A stretch of DNA of 63,692 bases, from positions 1 to 63,692 of the forward strand of contig JAWCRZ010000006.1 of NCBI GenBank assembly GCA_038868995.1, given 5' to 3'. Every line of letters starts with the position of its first letter. Within the stretch, counting starts at the first letter, position 1. A program made the translations under genes and the position numbers. Under the pieces are notes generated by a model that worked only from the letters and a program-made list of their open reading frames with translations, searched no databases and was not told the origin of the DNA. Origin of the DNA: Candidatus Woesearchaeota archaeon. Its GTDB lineage: Archaea > Nanobdellota > Nanobdellia > Woesearchaeales > ARS49. Below are positions 36,851 through 48,570 of the stretch, piece by piece.

Positions 36851-36941
36851 CTGAATGAATAAATAATAGGGAAAAGGGGTTTAAATAGTTTTGGACACAC
36901 AGTGCACAAGTATTTAAAGTACAAAATAGACACTTAACGGT

Positions 36942-37895
36942 ATGAAAATAGTGGTAACAGGAGGCGCTGGCTTCATAGGCAGCCATTGCGCAGAAGTCCT
37001 TTTGGACAGAGGCGACACAGTGGTTTGTGTAGACAATTTCAACGATTTCTATGACCCTGAAATTAAAAAAGCAAACATTGCGGCCTGCAAGAAAAACAAA
37101 AACTTCATTTTATATGAAGAAGATATTGGAGATTACAAAGCGGTAGAAAAGATAATTGCCAAAGAAAAACCGAACAAGATATTGCATTTGGCAGCAAGGG
37201 CGGGAGTACAGCCATCATTGAAAGACCCGCTGGAATATGTACGAAGCAACATTGTAGGCACAGCCAACTTGCTGGAAGCGTGCAAAAAACATGGAATCAA
37301 GAATTTTGTTTTTGCCAGCTCGAGTTCTGTATACGGCGGCAACAAAAAAGTACCTTTTTCAGAAGATGACAGGGTAGACAACCAATATTCGCCGTACGCT
37401 GCAACAAAGAAAAGCTGCGAGATTTTGGCATCAAATTACCATCATGTCGCTGGAATGCACATTGTTGCATTGAGATATTTCACTGTTTACGGTCCAAGAA
37501 ACAGGCCAGATATGGCGATTTACACCTTTTCACAGAAAATAACGGCTGGAAAAGAAATTACACTGTACGGAAAGGGAGATGAGATAAAGAGGGACTGGAC
37601 ATTTGTCGGTGACATCGTCGACGGAACGATAAAAACGCTTGACTCTGTGGAGAAGTTCGGATTTGAAATTATCAATTTGGGAAATTCAAAACCGGTATCA
37701 GTAACGTACTTTGTTTCACTGCTGGAAAAAGCATTGGGCAAAAAGGCAATCGTCAAAAGAGCTCCGCTGCCTATGGGGGATGTGCCAATAACTTATGCTG
37801 ACACCAAAAAAGCAAAAAAACTTCTGAACTGGGAACCAATAACAACAATAGAAGACGGCATTGAGAATTTTGCCAACTGGTTCAAGGGATTATAA
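36942..37895 (+). CDS. UDP-glucuronate 4-epimerase-like SDR
   Basis: HLAARAGV, ASSSSVYG, YAATKK, FTVYGPRNRPDMA. Confidence 0.88.
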   Translation: MKIVVTGGAGFIGSHCAEVLLDRGDTVVCVDNFNDFYDPEIKKANIAACKKNKNFILYEEDIGDYKAVEKIIAKEKPNKILHLAARAGVQPSLKDPLEYVRSNIVGTANLLEACKKHGIKNFVFASSSSVYGGNKKVPFSEDDRVDNQYSPYAATKKSCEILASNYHHVAGMHIVALRYFTVYGPRNRPDMAIYTFSQKITAGKEITLYGKGDEIKRDWTFVGDIVDGTIKTLDSVEKFGFEIINLGNSKPVSVTYFVSLLEKALGKKAIVKRAPLPMGDVPITYADTKKAKKLLNWEPITTIEDGIENFANWFKGL

Positions 37896-38611
37896 TGCCA
37901 CGAATGGGCACAAAACAAAGAGAAGAATTCAAAACCCTCAAGAATGTTTTCGACCTATTTACTGAAAAAAACATTTTCAAGCTAATTTCACAAGGATATA
38001 TCGATGGTTTGCACAGCCCTCTGAGCATAGGAAAGGAATCAAATGTTTTTACAGCAAAAAAAGGCAGCGAAACACGAATAGTCAAAATTTATCGCTTGCA
38101 AACATGCGATTTCAACAGAATGTATGACTATTTGAAAGCAGACCCGCGATATGCAGGAGTGTCGAGCAAAAGACGAGATGTTATTTTCGCCTGGGCACAT
38201 AGAGAATACCGGAATTTGCTGAAAGCACGGGAAGCTGAAGTAAGGGTGCCAACACCATATGCTGTTTTGCAGAACATACTTGTGATGGAATTTATTGGCG
38301 ATGAACAGGCAGCAAAAAAACTGAAAGATTCCCCACCAGAAAATGCAGAGGCATTCTTCAAAGATGTTATTGAACAGATAAAAAAATTATACAAAGCAGG
38401 GTTGGTGCATGCTGATTTAAGCGGGTTCAACATATTAAATTATCATGAGAAACCAGTGCTTATTGACATGTCACAAGCAACACCACTGGACAATCCGAAT
38501 TCTGCAGAATTTCTGAAGAGAGACGTGCACAACATCTGCAAATTGTTCCAGAAATTTGGCATAAAGGCAGATGAAGAAAAAGTATTACAACAGATAAAAA
38601 AGATTAAATAG
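37895..38611 (+). CDS. rio1: RIO1 family Ser/Thr kinase
   Basis: SIGKES, VKIY, LVHADLS, IDMSQ. Confidence 0.9.
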   Translation: MPRMGTKQREEFKTLKNVFDLFTEKNIFKLISQGYIDGLHSPLSIGKESNVFTAKKGSETRIVKIYRLQTCDFNRMYDYLKADPRYAGVSSKRRDVIFAWAHREYRNLLKAREAEVRVPTPYAVLQNILVMEFIGDEQAAKKLKDSPPENAEAFFKDVIEQIKKLYKAGLVHADLSGFNILNYHEKPVLIDMSQATPLDNPNSAEFLKRDVHNICKLFQKFGIKADEEKVLQQIKKIK

Positions 38612-38633
38612 AGAGATTTTTCCCGACCATACA

Positions 38634-39797
38634 ATGGGGGTCAAAGAAAAATTAAAGCAGTTGTACCAGCTCAAAGAGCACAAAATGAAGCTGGGATTGC
38701 AGCCGACATTTGATGCTTTGGCTAAATTGGGCAACCCGCACAAGAATTTAAGGTTTATTCATGTAACGGGCACAAATGGAAAAGGAAGCACCTGCGCGTT
38801 TATCGCGGATACACTGCAATTGGCTGGTTACAAAGTAGGACTTTTTACCTCACCGCACCTGGTTGAGTTCAATGAACGGCTGCAGGTCAGCAGAAAAAAT
38901 GCAACAGATGAAGAACTGGCAGAACTCATTGAAAAGACAAGAAATACAGGAGTACAACTTACTTTTTTTGAGTATGCAACAGTCATGGGAATACTTCACT
39001 TTCTAAAGCACAAAGTCGATTTTGTCGTCTGGGAAGTAGGGCTTGGCGGCACTTTTGACTCAACAAACGTGGTTGATGCAGAGATTGCAGTATTGACTAA
39101 TATTGGATTGGACCATACGCACATTCTTGGGGATACCATTGAGAAGATAACTCGCGACAAATGCGGAATCATAAAGAAAAAATCTAAAGTTGTGACCTGT
39201 GAGGGCAATGCAGGACTGCCATGGATAGAAGAAAAATGCAAACAGCAAGGGAATCAGCTGTTCATTGCGCCGCCATATGATGGAAGAATCAAATTGCTCG
39301 GGGAATTCCAGAAGAAAAATGCAGGAATTGCGAAAAAAGTATGCGAATTACTTGGCATCAAAGAGGATATTATCACAAAAGGGCTTGCTTCAGCCCAATG
39401 GCCGGGAAGATTGGAATGGATGGAGAAAAATGTGCTGGTGGATTGCGGGCACAATCCTGCAGCAATACAAGCAACGGCGCCGTTTGTTAACGCATTGCCA
39501 AAAAAAAGATTGATTTTAATTTTTGGAGTGCTGCGAGACAAAGATTACAAATGCATGATAGCATCATTGCCAAAGGCGGATGTTGTAATTTTAACAAAAC
39601 CGAAATCGGAAAGAGCAATTGAGCCGAAAGAACTGCCGTTCGATAGAGAAATAACAATAATTGAAGAGCCGGGAGAAGCATATCAACATGCAAAAAAGAT
39701 TGCACAACCGGGAGATATTATTTTTGTTGTGGGAAGCTGCTATCTTGTGGGAAATATCAAAGAAAGTTTAATAGGGCAGAGGAAAACGATTACATAA
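38634..39797 (+). CDS. folC: Folylpolyglutamate synthase/dihydrofolate synthase
   Basis: GTNGKGS, FTSPHL, EVGLGG..DSTN, WPGRLE, DCGHN. Confidence 0.93.
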   Translation: MGVKEKLKQLYQLKEHKMKLGLQPTFDALAKLGNPHKNLRFIHVTGTNGKGSTCAFIADTLQLAGYKVGLFTSPHLVEFNERLQVSRKNATDEELAELIEKTRNTGVQLTFFEYATVMGILHFLKHKVDFVVWEVGLGGTFDSTNVVDAEIAVLTNIGLDHTHILGDTIEKITRDKCGIIKKKSKVVTCEGNAGLPWIEEKCKQQGNQLFIAPPYDGRIKLLGEFQKKNAGIAKKVCELLGIKEDIITKGLASAQWPGRLEWMEKNVLVDCGHNPAAIQATAPFVNALPKKRLILIFGVLRDKDYKCMIASLPKADVVILTKPKSERAIEPKELPFDREITIIEEPGEAYQHAKKIAQPGDIIFVVGSCYLVGNIKESLIGQRKTIT

Positions 39798-41033
39798 AAA
39801 CATAACCTCTTTTCTCACTCCTTCAATAACGTGCTTATCGGTTGGATTTTTGAGAACAGCAGAGATCCACTGGCCGATTTGCTCCATTTCAGACTCTTTC
39901 ATACCCCGAGAAGTGACAGCGGGAGTGCCAAGACGGATGCCAGACGGGTCAAAAGGAGAGCGGGTATCAAAAGGAATCATGTTTTTATTGCAACAAATGC
40001 CGGCTTCATCCAGAGCATGCTCTGCAATCTTACCGGAAATATTTTTAGGAGTAACATCGACAAGCATCAAATGGTTGTCAGTGCCGCCGGATATCAGACG
40101 GAAGCCGTTTTCGCTCAATGTTTGAGCCAATGTCTGAGCGTTTTTGAGAACCTGGCGCTGATAGCCAATAAAAGAGGGCTCCATTGCCTCCTTGAAAGCA
40201 ATCGCCTTTGCTGCAACAACATGGTCTAATGGGCCTCCTTGGCTGCCGGGGAAGACAGCAAAATCAATTTTCTGTGCGAGATTCTTTTTATCATTTGGAT
40301 TAAATCGGTCAATCTTCCTGGAAAGAATCAACGCACCTCGAGGGCCGCGAAGAGTTTTATGAGTTGTGGTTGTAACTATGTCGGCATAAGTAACCGGGTC
40401 TGGATAGAGCTTAGCGGCAACCAGACCGGCAACATGCGCCATATCGACCATAAAATAAGCATTGACTTCATCAGCAATTTTCCTGAATTCTTTGAAATCA
40501 AGATAACGGGGATATGCTGAAAAGCCTGCAAGAATGAGTTTTGGCTTGTGGTGGAGGGCGAGCTCTCTTACGACGTCCATTTTGACGCGCTCAGTGTCTT
40601 TTTCCACGCCATAAGAAACAAATTTGTAAAGACGCCCTGAGAAATTTACTGGAGAGCCGTGAGTCAAATGGCCACCGTGAGCAAGGTCCATACCTAAAAT
40701 AGTGTCACCGGGCTGCAAGACAGCCATATAGGCGGCAAGGTTTGCAGAACTTCCAGAGTGAGGTTGAACATTTGCATGCTCCGCATCAAAGAGTTTTTTG
40801 GCACGGCCAATTGCGAGTTGTTCTATTATGTCAATAAACTGGTTGCCGCCATAGTAGCGTTTCCCAGGAAATCCCTCGCTGTATTTGTTGGTCAGCCAGC
40901 TGCCGGTTGCTTCCAATACGGCTTTGCTAACAATATTTTCAGAAGCAATAAGCTCGATAACATTCTGCTGCCTTTTAAGCTCTTTCATAATTGCATCATA
41001 TACTTCTTTGTCGTAGTTCTGCACTGTTTTCAT
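39768..41033 (-). CDS. glyA: Serine hydroxymethyltransferase (bacterial type)
   Basis: [39 protein letters not shown]. Confidence 0.96.
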   Translation of the reverse strand: MKTVQNYDKEVYDAIMKELKRQQNVIELIASENIVSKAVLEATGSWLTNKYSEGFPGKRYYGGNQFIDIIEQLAIGRAKKLFDAEHANVQPHSGSSANLAAYMAVLQPGDTILGMDLAHGGHLTHGSPVNFSGRLYKFVSYGVEKDTERVKMDVVRELALHHKPKLILAGFSAYPRYLDFKEFRKIADEVNAYFMVDMAHVAGLVAAKLYPDPVTYADIVTTTTHKTLRGPRGALILSRKIDRFNPNDKKNLAQKIDFAVFPGSQGGPLDHVVAAKAIAFKEAMEPSFIGYQRQVLKNAQTLAQTLSENGFRLISGGTDNHLMLVDVTPKNISGKIAEHALDEAGICCNKNMIPFDTRSPFDPSGIRLGTPAVTSRGMKESEMEQIGQWISAVLKNPTDKHVIEGVRKEVMFLCNRFPLPY

Positions 41034-41491
41034 TTTTTTACATATACAACAAGTTCAAATTCTGGAAATTTTTCCTTGTGGTCAATTTTCCATTTGCTAT
41101 CATCAAATTCTGGAAATAAAGCGTCACCCTGATAGTCACCTTTGACATAGGAAAGATACATTTTGTCTGCAATTGGAATTGTTTGTTCATAAACGGCAGC
41201 TCCACCGATGATGAAAATCTCCTTACCATAGGTTTTTGCTTTTTGTATAGCTTCGTCGACTGATTTGCAGACAATAATTCCGTCTGTTGGAGGCATTGAA
41301 GAACTGATGACAACGTTGATTCTGTTTGGCAACGGCTTACCGATGCTTTCAAAGGTTTTCCTGCCCATAATAACGACATTGCCACTGGTAAGTTTTTTGA
41401 AGTTCTTCAAATCATCGGCAATGCGCCACGGCAGCTTGTTGTCACAGCCAATGACGCGGTTTTTCGCCATTGCGGCAATAATGTTAATCAT
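41030..41491 (-). CDS. folA: Dihydrofolate reductase
   Basis: VIG..NKLPW, IMGRKT, PLPNR, IIGG. Confidence 0.95.
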   Translation of the reverse strand: MINIIAAMAKNRVIGCDNKLPWRIADDLKNFKKLTSGNVVIMGRKTFESIGKPLPNRINVVISSSMPPTDGIIVCKSVDEAIQKAKTYGKEIFIIGGAAVYEQTIPIADKMYLSYVKGDYQGDALFPEFDDSKWKIDHKEKFPEFELVVYVKK

Positions 41492-42360
41492 ACGGCAATC
41501 TCGAATTTAATGGCAGGATAGCTTTGATAGTTGAGAATTTTTGTGTCTTCAGCTTTCCATTCAAATATCGATTTAAAATTATCTGTCTGGATTGTTGGAA
41601 GAGGATATTTCATTGGATCCCGGCTAAGCTGTTCTTTTGCGCCCTCCACATGATTCACATAAATGTGCGTATCTGCAAGAAAGCCGATTAGCTTTCCCTC
41701 TTTCAAATTTGACTCCTTTGCGAGCAAGTGCAAGAGAAGACCATAACTTGCAATGTTGAAAGGAAGACCAAGCATGACATCAACAGAGCGCTGATTCCAG
41801 AGCAGATTTAATTTTCCATCAATAACAGTAACCTGCCAGGCATAATGGCATGGTGGAAGGCCCATCTTGTGCATTGCCAAAGGATTCCAAGCAGAAACAA
41901 TCATTCTCCTGTCATGCGGATCTGTCTTGAGCTTGTCAACAACTCTTTTCAACTGGTCAAAGCCCTTGCCGGAGTAATCTGAATCATAATTAACATAGTC
42001 AGCGCCAAAATGACGCCATTGGAAGCCATAAACAGGACCAAGGTCGCGCTCGTTAAGCATGCGTTTTTTGTGCTCTTCAGAATGACCATACGGCGCTTTT
42101 TCAGGATTAGCCCACTCGTCCCAAATGTGATTATTGCGCTCCTGCAGCCACTTTTTGTCTGTAATTCCGTTAATAAAACATTGAAGCTCAGAAGCAACAT
42201 TTCTGAAAGGAACTTTTTTTGTTGTCAAAAGAGGAAAGCCATTAGACATGTCATGCTCGAACATGGCACCTGCTATTGTAATTGCATCGACGCCAGTCCT
42301 GTTATGCTTAACAAAGCCCGTATCCAGGATACGTCTTACAATGTCAAGATACGCCTGCAT
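41488..42360 (-). CDS. thyA: Thymidylate synthase
   Basis: NRTG, FPLLTTKK, LGPVYGFQWR, LPPCH, QRSVD..LGLPFN. Confidence 0.96.
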   Translation of the reverse strand: MQAYLDIVRRILDTGFVKHNRTGVDAITIAGAMFEHDMSNGFPLLTTKKVPFRNVASELQCFINGITDKKWLQERNNHIWDEWANPEKAPYGHSEEHKKRMLNERDLGPVYGFQWRHFGADYVNYDSDYSGKGFDQLKRVVDKLKTDPHDRRMIVSAWNPLAMHKMGLPPCHYAWQVTVIDGKLNLLWNQRSVDVMLGLPFNIASYGLLLHLLAKESNLKEGKLIGFLADTHIYVNHVEGAKEQLSRDPMKYPLPTIQTDNFKSIFEWKAEDTKILNYQSYPAIKFEIAV

Positions 42361-42458
42361 CCCTTTTACACCCCGTTCAGAGAAATAAACACTTTGTTTA
42401 TATGCTTTTGTTTAGTCCAACAGCAACTTTTAAAAACAACCTGTTTAAACGCATAAAT

Positions 42459-43010
42459 ATGGCCTCCACTCCCAAAAAGGAGTTTTCATACGAGCTACGC
42501 ATTCCGAAAGAACGCGTGGCAGTGCTCATAGGAAAAAAAGGCGAAACAAAAAGAAGCATTGAGCACGAAACGAAAACAAAACTCACAATAAACAGCCAAG
42601 AAGGCGACATCAGAATAGTTGGCGAAGACGCACTGCTGCTTTATTTATGCAGAGAAATAATACGGGCAATTGGCAGGGGATTCAATCCAGATATTGCACG
42701 GCAGCTATTGAAGCAAGATTATGCAGTTGAGTTCATAACAATAACAGATTACGCACGAAATTTGAATGATTTGGAACGCCTTCGCGGAAGAGTAATAGGC
42801 GAAGGCGGAAAAAGCAGGCGAACAATTGAGGAATTAGCCCAAGTAAACATCTGCGTGTACGGAAAGACAATAGGCATCATAGGTCCGGCGGACTATATTG
42901 CAGATGCACGCAAGGCAATCGAAAATTTGCTGACAGGCAGCTCTCACGCGCATGTTTACAAAATGTTGGAAAGAAAAAGAAGGGAACGCAGATACAACGA
43001 AGGAATATGA
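42459..43010 (+). CDS. KH-domain rRNA-processing protein (Dim2/Pno1-like)
   Basis: IGKKG and [10 protein letters not shown] loops, RAIGRGF; start MASTP at 42459. Confidence 0.88.
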   Translation: MASTPKKEFSYELRIPKERVAVLIGKKGETKRSIEHETKTKLTINSQEGDIRIVGEDALLLYLCREIIRAIGRGFNPDIARQLLKQDYAVEFITITDYARNLNDLERLRGRVIGEGGKSRRTIEELAQVNICVYGKTIGIIGPADYIADARKAIENLLTGSSHAHVYKMLERKRRERRYNEGI

Positions 43011-44641
43011 CAAAGACAACTGCAGAAGAACTGGCGAAAAAACAGAAAGACATCTCAGTGGCGGAATTCTTTGAAAGAAACAGGCATCTTCTCGGATTTG
43101 ACAACAAGAGAAAGGCACTATTGACTGTTGTCAAAGAAGCGGTTGACAACTCGCTGGATGCCTGTGAAGAAGCGAAAATACTTCCGGAAATCAACATTCA
43201 GATAGTTGAAATGGGCAATGACAGGTATAGAATTACTGTTGAAGACAACGGTCCGGGAATTGTCAAAAAGCAGATTCCAAACATTTTCGCGAAATTGTTG
43301 TATGGAAGCAAGTTCCACACAATGAAACAGGCAAGAGGACAGCAAGGCATCGGAATTTCAGCAGCAGTTTTGTACGCACAACTTACGACTGGAAGGCCTG
43401 CAAAGATTTGGAGCAGAATAGACACAAAGCAGCCAGCACATTACTATGAACTGCACATTGACACGCAGAAAAATGAGCCGGAAATAGTCAAAGATGAAGA
43501 AATAAACTGGAAAAAAGAACATGGAGTAAAGATTGAACTGGATATAGATGCAGCATACCAAAAAGGAGACCAGAGCGTTGACAGTTACTTGAAGCAAACA
43601 GCTATCGCGAATCCGCACTGCACAATTGTTTACACCAATCCAAAAGCCGAGCAATTGATTTTCCCGCGGGCATCCGACAAACTGCCGAAAGAGCCGATGG
43701 AAATAAAACCACACCCGTATGGAGTTGAGCTTGGCATCATGCTGAAGATGCTCAAAAATACAGAATGCAGGACATTGCAGAGCTTTTTGACACAGGAATT
43801 CTCACGCGTTGGACCGCAGACAGCAAAAGAAATCTGCGACAAAGCAGGACTGTTCACAAACATGAAACCGGGAGAACTGCAGTTGCCGCACGTCGAGAAA
43901 TTGGTGGAGGGAATCAAAAACACAAAAATTATCGCTCCGAGCACTGACTGCATCGCTCCTATAGGGGAGGAATTGCTTGAAAAAGGGCTGCGCAAAGAAG
44001 TGGCGGCAGAATTTTATACAGCAGTCAGCAGAAGCCCGGACGTTTACAAAGGAATCCCATTTGTCATTGAAGTGGCTTTGGCGTATGGAGGGCAACAACC
44101 CATTGATGAGCCGATCAGGCTGCTCAGGTTTGCAAACAGAGTGCCACTTTTGTATCAACAAGGCGCATGCGCAAGCACGAAAGCAGTCGTGCAGACAAAC
44201 TGGAGACCATACGGATTGGGACAAAGCCAAGGAGCACTGCCGGTGGGACCGTTGACATTGGTTGTTTCACTTGTTTCGGTCTGGCCGCCGTTTACTTCAG
44301 AAGCAAAAGAGGCGATTGCGCATTATCCCGAGATTATCAAAGAGATGAAATTGGCACTGCAGGAAGCAGGCAGAAGATTAGGAAGCTATGTAAACAAGAA
44401 AAGAAGAGTATCGGAACAGCAAGAAAGAGTCAGCATATTTGAAAATTACATTCCAGAAGTTGCAGATGCATTGTCGAGATTAAGCGGAGTTGGAAAAGAA
44501 AAGATTACAGAAGCAATGCGCAAAATGCTCGCAAAGAACAAAGAATACATTCAAGCACACAAGGAAGCACACAAAGTAGAAGTCAAAGAAAAGAAAGAAA
44601 AAGAAGAACAGGTAAAGTTATCGGGATTTGAAGATGAATAA
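43007..44641 (+). CDS. top6B: DNA topoisomerase VI subunit B
   Basis: [36 protein letters not shown]. Confidence 0.96.
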   Translation: MTKTTAEELAKKQKDISVAEFFERNRHLLGFDNKRKALLTVVKEAVDNSLDACEEAKILPEINIQIVEMGNDRYRITVEDNGPGIVKKQIPNIFAKLLYGSKFHTMKQARGQQGIGISAAVLYAQLTTGRPAKIWSRIDTKQPAHYYELHIDTQKNEPEIVKDEEINWKKEHGVKIELDIDAAYQKGDQSVDSYLKQTAIANPHCTIVYTNPKAEQLIFPRASDKLPKEPMEIKPHPYGVELGIMLKMLKNTECRTLQSFLTQEFSRVGPQTAKEICDKAGLFTNMKPGELQLPHVEKLVEGIKNTKIIAPSTDCIAPIGEELLEKGLRKEVAAEFYTAVSRSPDVYKGIPFVIEVALAYGGQQPIDEPIRLLRFANRVPLLYQQGACASTKAVVQTNWRPYGLGQSQGALPVGPLTLVVSLVSVWPPFTSEAKEAIAHYPEIIKEMKLALQEAGRRLGSYVNKKRRVSEQQERVSIFENYIPEVADALSRLSGVGKEKITEAMRKMLAKNKEYIQAHKEAHKVEVKEKKEKEEQVKLSGFEDE

Positions 44642-45713
44642 GAAACCAAAAGAAGCAATAGAAGAGCTGGGAAAAGAACTTGTAAAGGAGGTTCTGGCAG
44701 GCAAACAGCCAACCATGGAAGTGCCAATCAGGGCGCTTTCAAACGTCACTTACAACAAAAAGACGGAGACCCTTGAACTGGGAAGCAAAACAGCAGAAAG
44801 AAACTTCTTCAATGTTGCACACGCAAAAAAATTTTTGCAGACACTGGAAGTAGCAGCCGTGAGCAAAGAACTGCTCGATGTCGGAAAGCACGCGTCACTC
44901 AGAGACGTATTCTACATGGTAAAGAGAACCATTCCTAACACCAAGACGAATATAGTAGATGAGCAGACAGAGAGCGATGATGCAATAGAGGACCTTGAAG
45001 TTTTGACCGGATATTCAAGAGAACAATTGAATATCAACGCAAACAAAATGGGCTCTGTAGCAGGGCACGTGGTAATCGAGGACAAAGGAGACGAGCTTGA
45101 CTGGAGCAAAATGGGCTCAGGCGGATGGAGCATACCATCAAATGTCGAGGACATCAAATTCAAGAAAGTAAAAGCAAAATACGTCATCTACATGGAAAAA
45201 CAGGCGGTCTGGGAGCGTTTGCACGAAGACAAATTCTGGGACAAACACAACTGCGTCATAGTAACCTCACAAGGCCAAACCACAAGAGGAATCAGAAGAT
45301 TGCTGCAACGGCTGTCGCAGGAACACAAACTGCCAATTTACGTCCTGGCTGATTTTGACCCGTGGGGATTCTATATTTACTCAGTGCTGAAATTTGGTTC
45401 CATTAATTTAGCACACATGGCAGAAAGCATGACGCTTAATACGGCACGCTTTTTGGGCATTACCGCGGAAGACATTGAGAATTACGGTTTGAAAAAGCAC
45501 CTGATTGCATTCAAGGAAGTGGACTTGAAAAGAATCGAACAGCTGCAGAATTACGAATGGTTCAAAGACAACAAAGCGTGGCAGAAACAGTTCAAAATGA
45601 TGAAAACAATGAAGGCAAAAGCAGAAATCCAGGCATTGAGCAGCAGAGGAATCAGCTTTATCACTGACAGATACCTTCCTGAAAAAATAAGAAAACAGGA
45701 ATGGATTGATTAA
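44628..45713 (+). CDS. top6A: DNA topoisomerase VI subunit A
   Basis: LRDVFY catalytic Tyr, MEK, DFDPWG TOPRIM. Confidence 0.95.
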   Translation: MKMNKKPKEAIEELGKELVKEVLAGKQPTMEVPIRALSNVTYNKKTETLELGSKTAERNFFNVAHAKKFLQTLEVAAVSKELLDVGKHASLRDVFYMVKRTIPNTKTNIVDEQTESDDAIEDLEVLTGYSREQLNINANKMGSVAGHVVIEDKGDELDWSKMGSGGWSIPSNVEDIKFKKVKAKYVIYMEKQAVWERLHEDKFWDKHNCVIVTSQGQTTRGIRRLLQRLSQEHKLPIYVLADFDPWGFYIYSVLKFGSINLAHMAESMTLNTARFLGITAEDIENYGLKKHLIAFKEVDLKRIEQLQNYEWFKDNKAWQKQFKMMKTMKAKAEIQALSSRGISFITDRYLPEKIRKQEWID

Positions 45714-46267
45714 TTTTCTTTAAAGAAATCATTACTGTTCGCTAAAGAATTTCCTCTTAAAAAAAGACGCACTTCATAATCAGAATTTAACTCAATAATT
45801 TTTCCTGAATATTCGTCTCCAAAATTGGAAAGTAATTCCTTTGTTTGGCTCTTTGAACTAAATTTTTTCCAAAGAACCCCTAAAAAGCGCCGCAAACTCT
45901 CTCCAGGCGGATTAGCCGAAAACTTTCTTTTGAAAAAACGCTGAGCGATACGAAATACGTCTACAAAAACAGGTTTGTTAAGAACAACAATTTTCCGCGC
46001 GCCGACAATAGCAGGCATTGCCCATGAGTGAGGTATTGTTGCCACAATCCAACTATCCTTTTTAACAATATCTCCAACCATTTGATTCAGAATATTCTTA
46101 GAGCGCGGAATTTCAAATTTTCTCTCCCATTCCAAATCATCAAAATCATAAAATGGAATACCGAGCCGTGAAGAAAGTATTTCAGAAAGATAATTCTTGC
46201 CACTTCCAGCATCACCAATAACCACAATACGTCTTATATTGCCCATCAACACATCCAAAGCCAGCAA
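45710..46267 (-). CDS. P-loop kinase (adenylate kinase/FlaR-like)
   Basis: IVVIGDAGSGKN, DFDDL, DSWIV; AT-rich; start may be 46246. Confidence 0.65.
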   Translation of the reverse strand: MLALDVLMGNIRRIVVIGDAGSGKNYLSEILSSRLGIPFYDFDDLEWERKFEIPRSKNILNQMVGDIVKKDSWIVATIPHSWAMPAIVGARKIVVLNKPVFVDVFRIAQRFFKRKFSANPPGESLRRFLGVLWKKFSSKSQTKELLSNFGDEYSGKIIELNSDYEVRLFLRGNSLANSNDFFKEN

Positions 46268-46317
46268 TCATCCAAAAAGCAACACTTTCAGATGACCTGT
46301 TATTCTATCAAATCTTA

Positions 46318-46431
46318 CGGGGCTGGGAGGATTTGAACCCCCGATCTTCTGCTTACTTTTGAGCCTGCCCCAAAGGATTGAGGCATTCTCAATAGAAGGC
46401 AGCTGCTCTATCCAAGCTGAGCTACAGCCCC
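46318..46431 (-). tRNA. tRNA-Arg(TCT) with 39-nt intron at 37/38 (46354-46392)
   Basis: GGGGCTG/CAGCCCC, G73, loop CT-TCT-A|A, hairpin intron with BHB-like junction. Confidence 0.88.
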
Positions 46432-46466
46432 ATAGCACTATCACGGTTTACGGGCATTTATAAGCA

Positions 46467-46940
46467 TTACGAGTTATCGCTCCAAGAAAACTTGTCCTTC
46501 ACCTTATCAATTATGTGCCCTGTCCAGTATAGCGTGCCACCAATTGCCATATACACAGCTGCAACAGTCATAATTGTAGGAACACTGTGCTCGATATAGA
46601 ATTTAACTGCCGGCGCAACAAAAGCCATGCCAGTCACGTTCTGCGCGGAAGAAAAGAAACTTTCAAAATTAACCATGCTCAGCAAAACATTCAATGCACC
46701 TGGCAGGAAAATCATCCCGCCAAAACTGCGCAATACATCCGGAACACTTTCCTTCAGCTTGTACATTAGATAAACACACACTATTATCAACAAAACGCTC
46801 GCAGTTATGGTAGCATGCGATTCCTTCCACTCAGACGTTCCATCAAAAGCCGAAGAAACAACAGGAATCAGCAACGCGCACGCGGTAAAAAGCGCCACAT
46901 GCACAAAAACATGCATCGCTGTGTGCCGCACCACTTTCAT
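46467..46940 (-). CDS. Hypothetical four-TM membrane protein
   Basis: 157 aa hydrophobic ORF with upstream TATA-like tttataag. Confidence 0.7.
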   Translation of the reverse strand: MKVVRHTAMHVFVHVALFTACALLIPVVSSAFDGTSEWKESHATITASVLLIIVCVYLMYKLKESVPDVLRSFGGMIFLPGALNVLLSMVNFESFFSSAQNVTGMAFVAPAVKFYIEHSVPTIMTVAAVYMAIGGTLYWTGHIIDKVKDKFSWSDNS

Positions 46941-46978
46941 GCAATTACGACAAATAAACGTACTTATAAAAATATCGC

Positions 46979-47536
46979 TTAGAACGACCTCTGCCGCTTC
47001 AACATATCGGAAATGCCAGGAGCGAGCAATGGTCTGCCTTTAATTACAAGGTACTTGTACGGCAGATGAACTTCCTCGTAATCGCTTATACTAATTTCAA
47101 TCCCTTGCTGAAATTTCAAATCCCGAAGTTTTTTGCCATTGCATATCATTTTGGTAACGATTACGGCAGTATCAGTTGACATCTGCTCTTTGCCAAGATT
47201 GTAGGCGGGATAAGGCAGAAATCGAGTAAGCTCTGCTTTCGTACGTTTTTTTGGAGGATTATCACCCAAAATACCCCCAAAAACAAAATAATCATATTTT
47301 TTTGCTATATCAGAAGTGAGAGTTTGCTTGGCTTCGGGATCAAGCACACAGGCTTTATCAAAGCGAAGCTGCCTGACACTTTTTGACATAACTTTACCAA
47401 ATGATTTCAGTGAAGAGCTTTTTGTGTTGGTAAAGATAAGATTCCTCTTCCCAACCCATTTAGAAATATGTTTGTATTCGAGTTTACACCATGGAAAAAC
47501 ATTGGGTTCCAGATGTTCAATAACAAACTTTGGCAT
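46979..47536 (-). CDS. SPOUT methyltransferase (Sfm1/COG2428-like)
   Basis: VIEHLE...LEY, LDP, FGGILGDNPP, LGKEQMSTDTA. Confidence 0.85.
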   Translation of the reverse strand: MPKFVIEHLEPNVFPWCKLEYKHISKWVGKRNLIFTNTKSSSLKSFGKVMSKSVRQLRFDKACVLDPEAKQTLTSDIAKKYDYFVFGGILGDNPPKKRTKAELTRFLPYPAYNLGKEQMSTDTAVIVTKMICNGKKLRDLKFQQGIEISISDYEEVHLPYKYLVIKGRPLLAPGISDMLKRQRSF

Positions 47537-47734
47537 TTAGTTTTTCTTGAACTGGGCAACTGTGCCAATCAAGTCGACATGACCGAGGAACATTGCACGG
47601 CAACAGTAGCGCTCAATGCCCAACTCATCAAGAACTTCCTTTCTGCTTTCGCCTTTCTTTGTGCGCTCCTCAAACTCTTCCCACGCCTGCGCAATAGGTT
47701 TTCCACAACTCCAGCAACGTATTGGAATTATCAT
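47537..47734 (-). CDS. rpoN: RNA polymerase subunit N (Rpo10)
   Basis: MIIPIRCWSCGK...RYCCR. Confidence 0.96.
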   Translation of the reverse strand: MIIPIRCWSCGKPIAQAWEEFEERTKKGESRKEVLDELGIERYCCRAMFLGHVDLIGTVAQFKKN

Positions 47735-47746
47735 TTTCAGTCCTCC

Positions 47747-48142
47747 TTAACGATAGGATTTTTGCCTTTTTGCCCTTGCCTTCCCGTGACAGTTCGGCTT
47801 ATGAGTTTCCTTCCTGCGCACGTCTGCAACAGTAAACATACGGTCATAATCAAGATATTTTGAACGCAATTTCTTGTCAAACTGGGCCAACGCTTTTGCA
47901 ATAGCAAGCCTGGCCGCCTCTGCCTGGCTGTTAGAGCCACCGCCGGCAACAACAACATCAAGGTTCACCTTGCCGGCGGTATCCCCTGCCAAAAGCAGGG
48001 CTTCCTCGATCTTTGAACGGAACATACTCTGCGGGATAGAAGTTATCAAACGGCTGTTCACGCGCACGATTCCAGCACCAGGCACTAACGTAGCACGCGC
48101 AACAGCCGTCTTCCTCGTTCCACTCTGATGAATGACTTTCAT
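47747..48142 (-). CDS. rps9: 30S ribosomal protein uS9
   Basis: GTRKTAVARA, GGG..QAEA, ARAKRQKSYR; start 48142. Confidence 0.96.
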   Translation of the reverse strand: MKVIHQSGTRKTAVARATLVPGAGIVRVNSRLITSIPQSMFRSKIEEALLLAGDTAGKVNLDVVVAGGGSNSQAEAARLAIAKALAQFDKKLRSKYLDYDRMFTVADVRRKETHKPNCHGKARAKRQKSYR

Positions 48143-48570
48143 ACCTTGCCTCCAAGAGACGCACACAATTGACCAACTGTCTGATACTTCAATTTTGGCA
48201 ATTCATCTGCCGTCTTGCCGAGCTTTGACAATTTTTTATCTTTGAATTCGGAAGGGACACCCATGTAGCACATGACGCGCTTAAATGCCTCCTTGCCTCT
48301 ACCCTGCTTGTATTCAAGCATACCACGAACCATCCTTCGCATAAAGCGGTCAGGCATCCTGCTGTTGAACGGACCTTTGAACGGCCTGCCCAACTTGAAA
48401 AATCGATGATAAAACTTGCCACGCACTGCCTTGGGGTCACCGGAAATAACTGCTTTCTCACAGTTGAAAATGTTCACTGAATTTCCAAGCAACGCCTGCT
48501 TGGCAACATAACTAGCCAGACGCCCAGCAATTGCATTTGTTGCATCAATGTTAAGTTCTGCCATTCTCAT
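48139..48570 (-). CDS. rpl13: 50S ribosomal protein uL13
   Basis: IDA..AIAGRLAS, GPF..RMPD, VRGML. Confidence 0.95.
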   Translation of the reverse strand: MRMAELNIDATNAIAGRLASYVAKQALLGNSVNIFNCEKAVISGDPKAVRGKFYHRFFKLGRPFKGPFNSRMPDRFMRRMVRGMLEYKQGRGKEAFKRVMCYMGVPSEFKDKKLSKLGKTADELPKLKYQTVGQLCASLGGKV

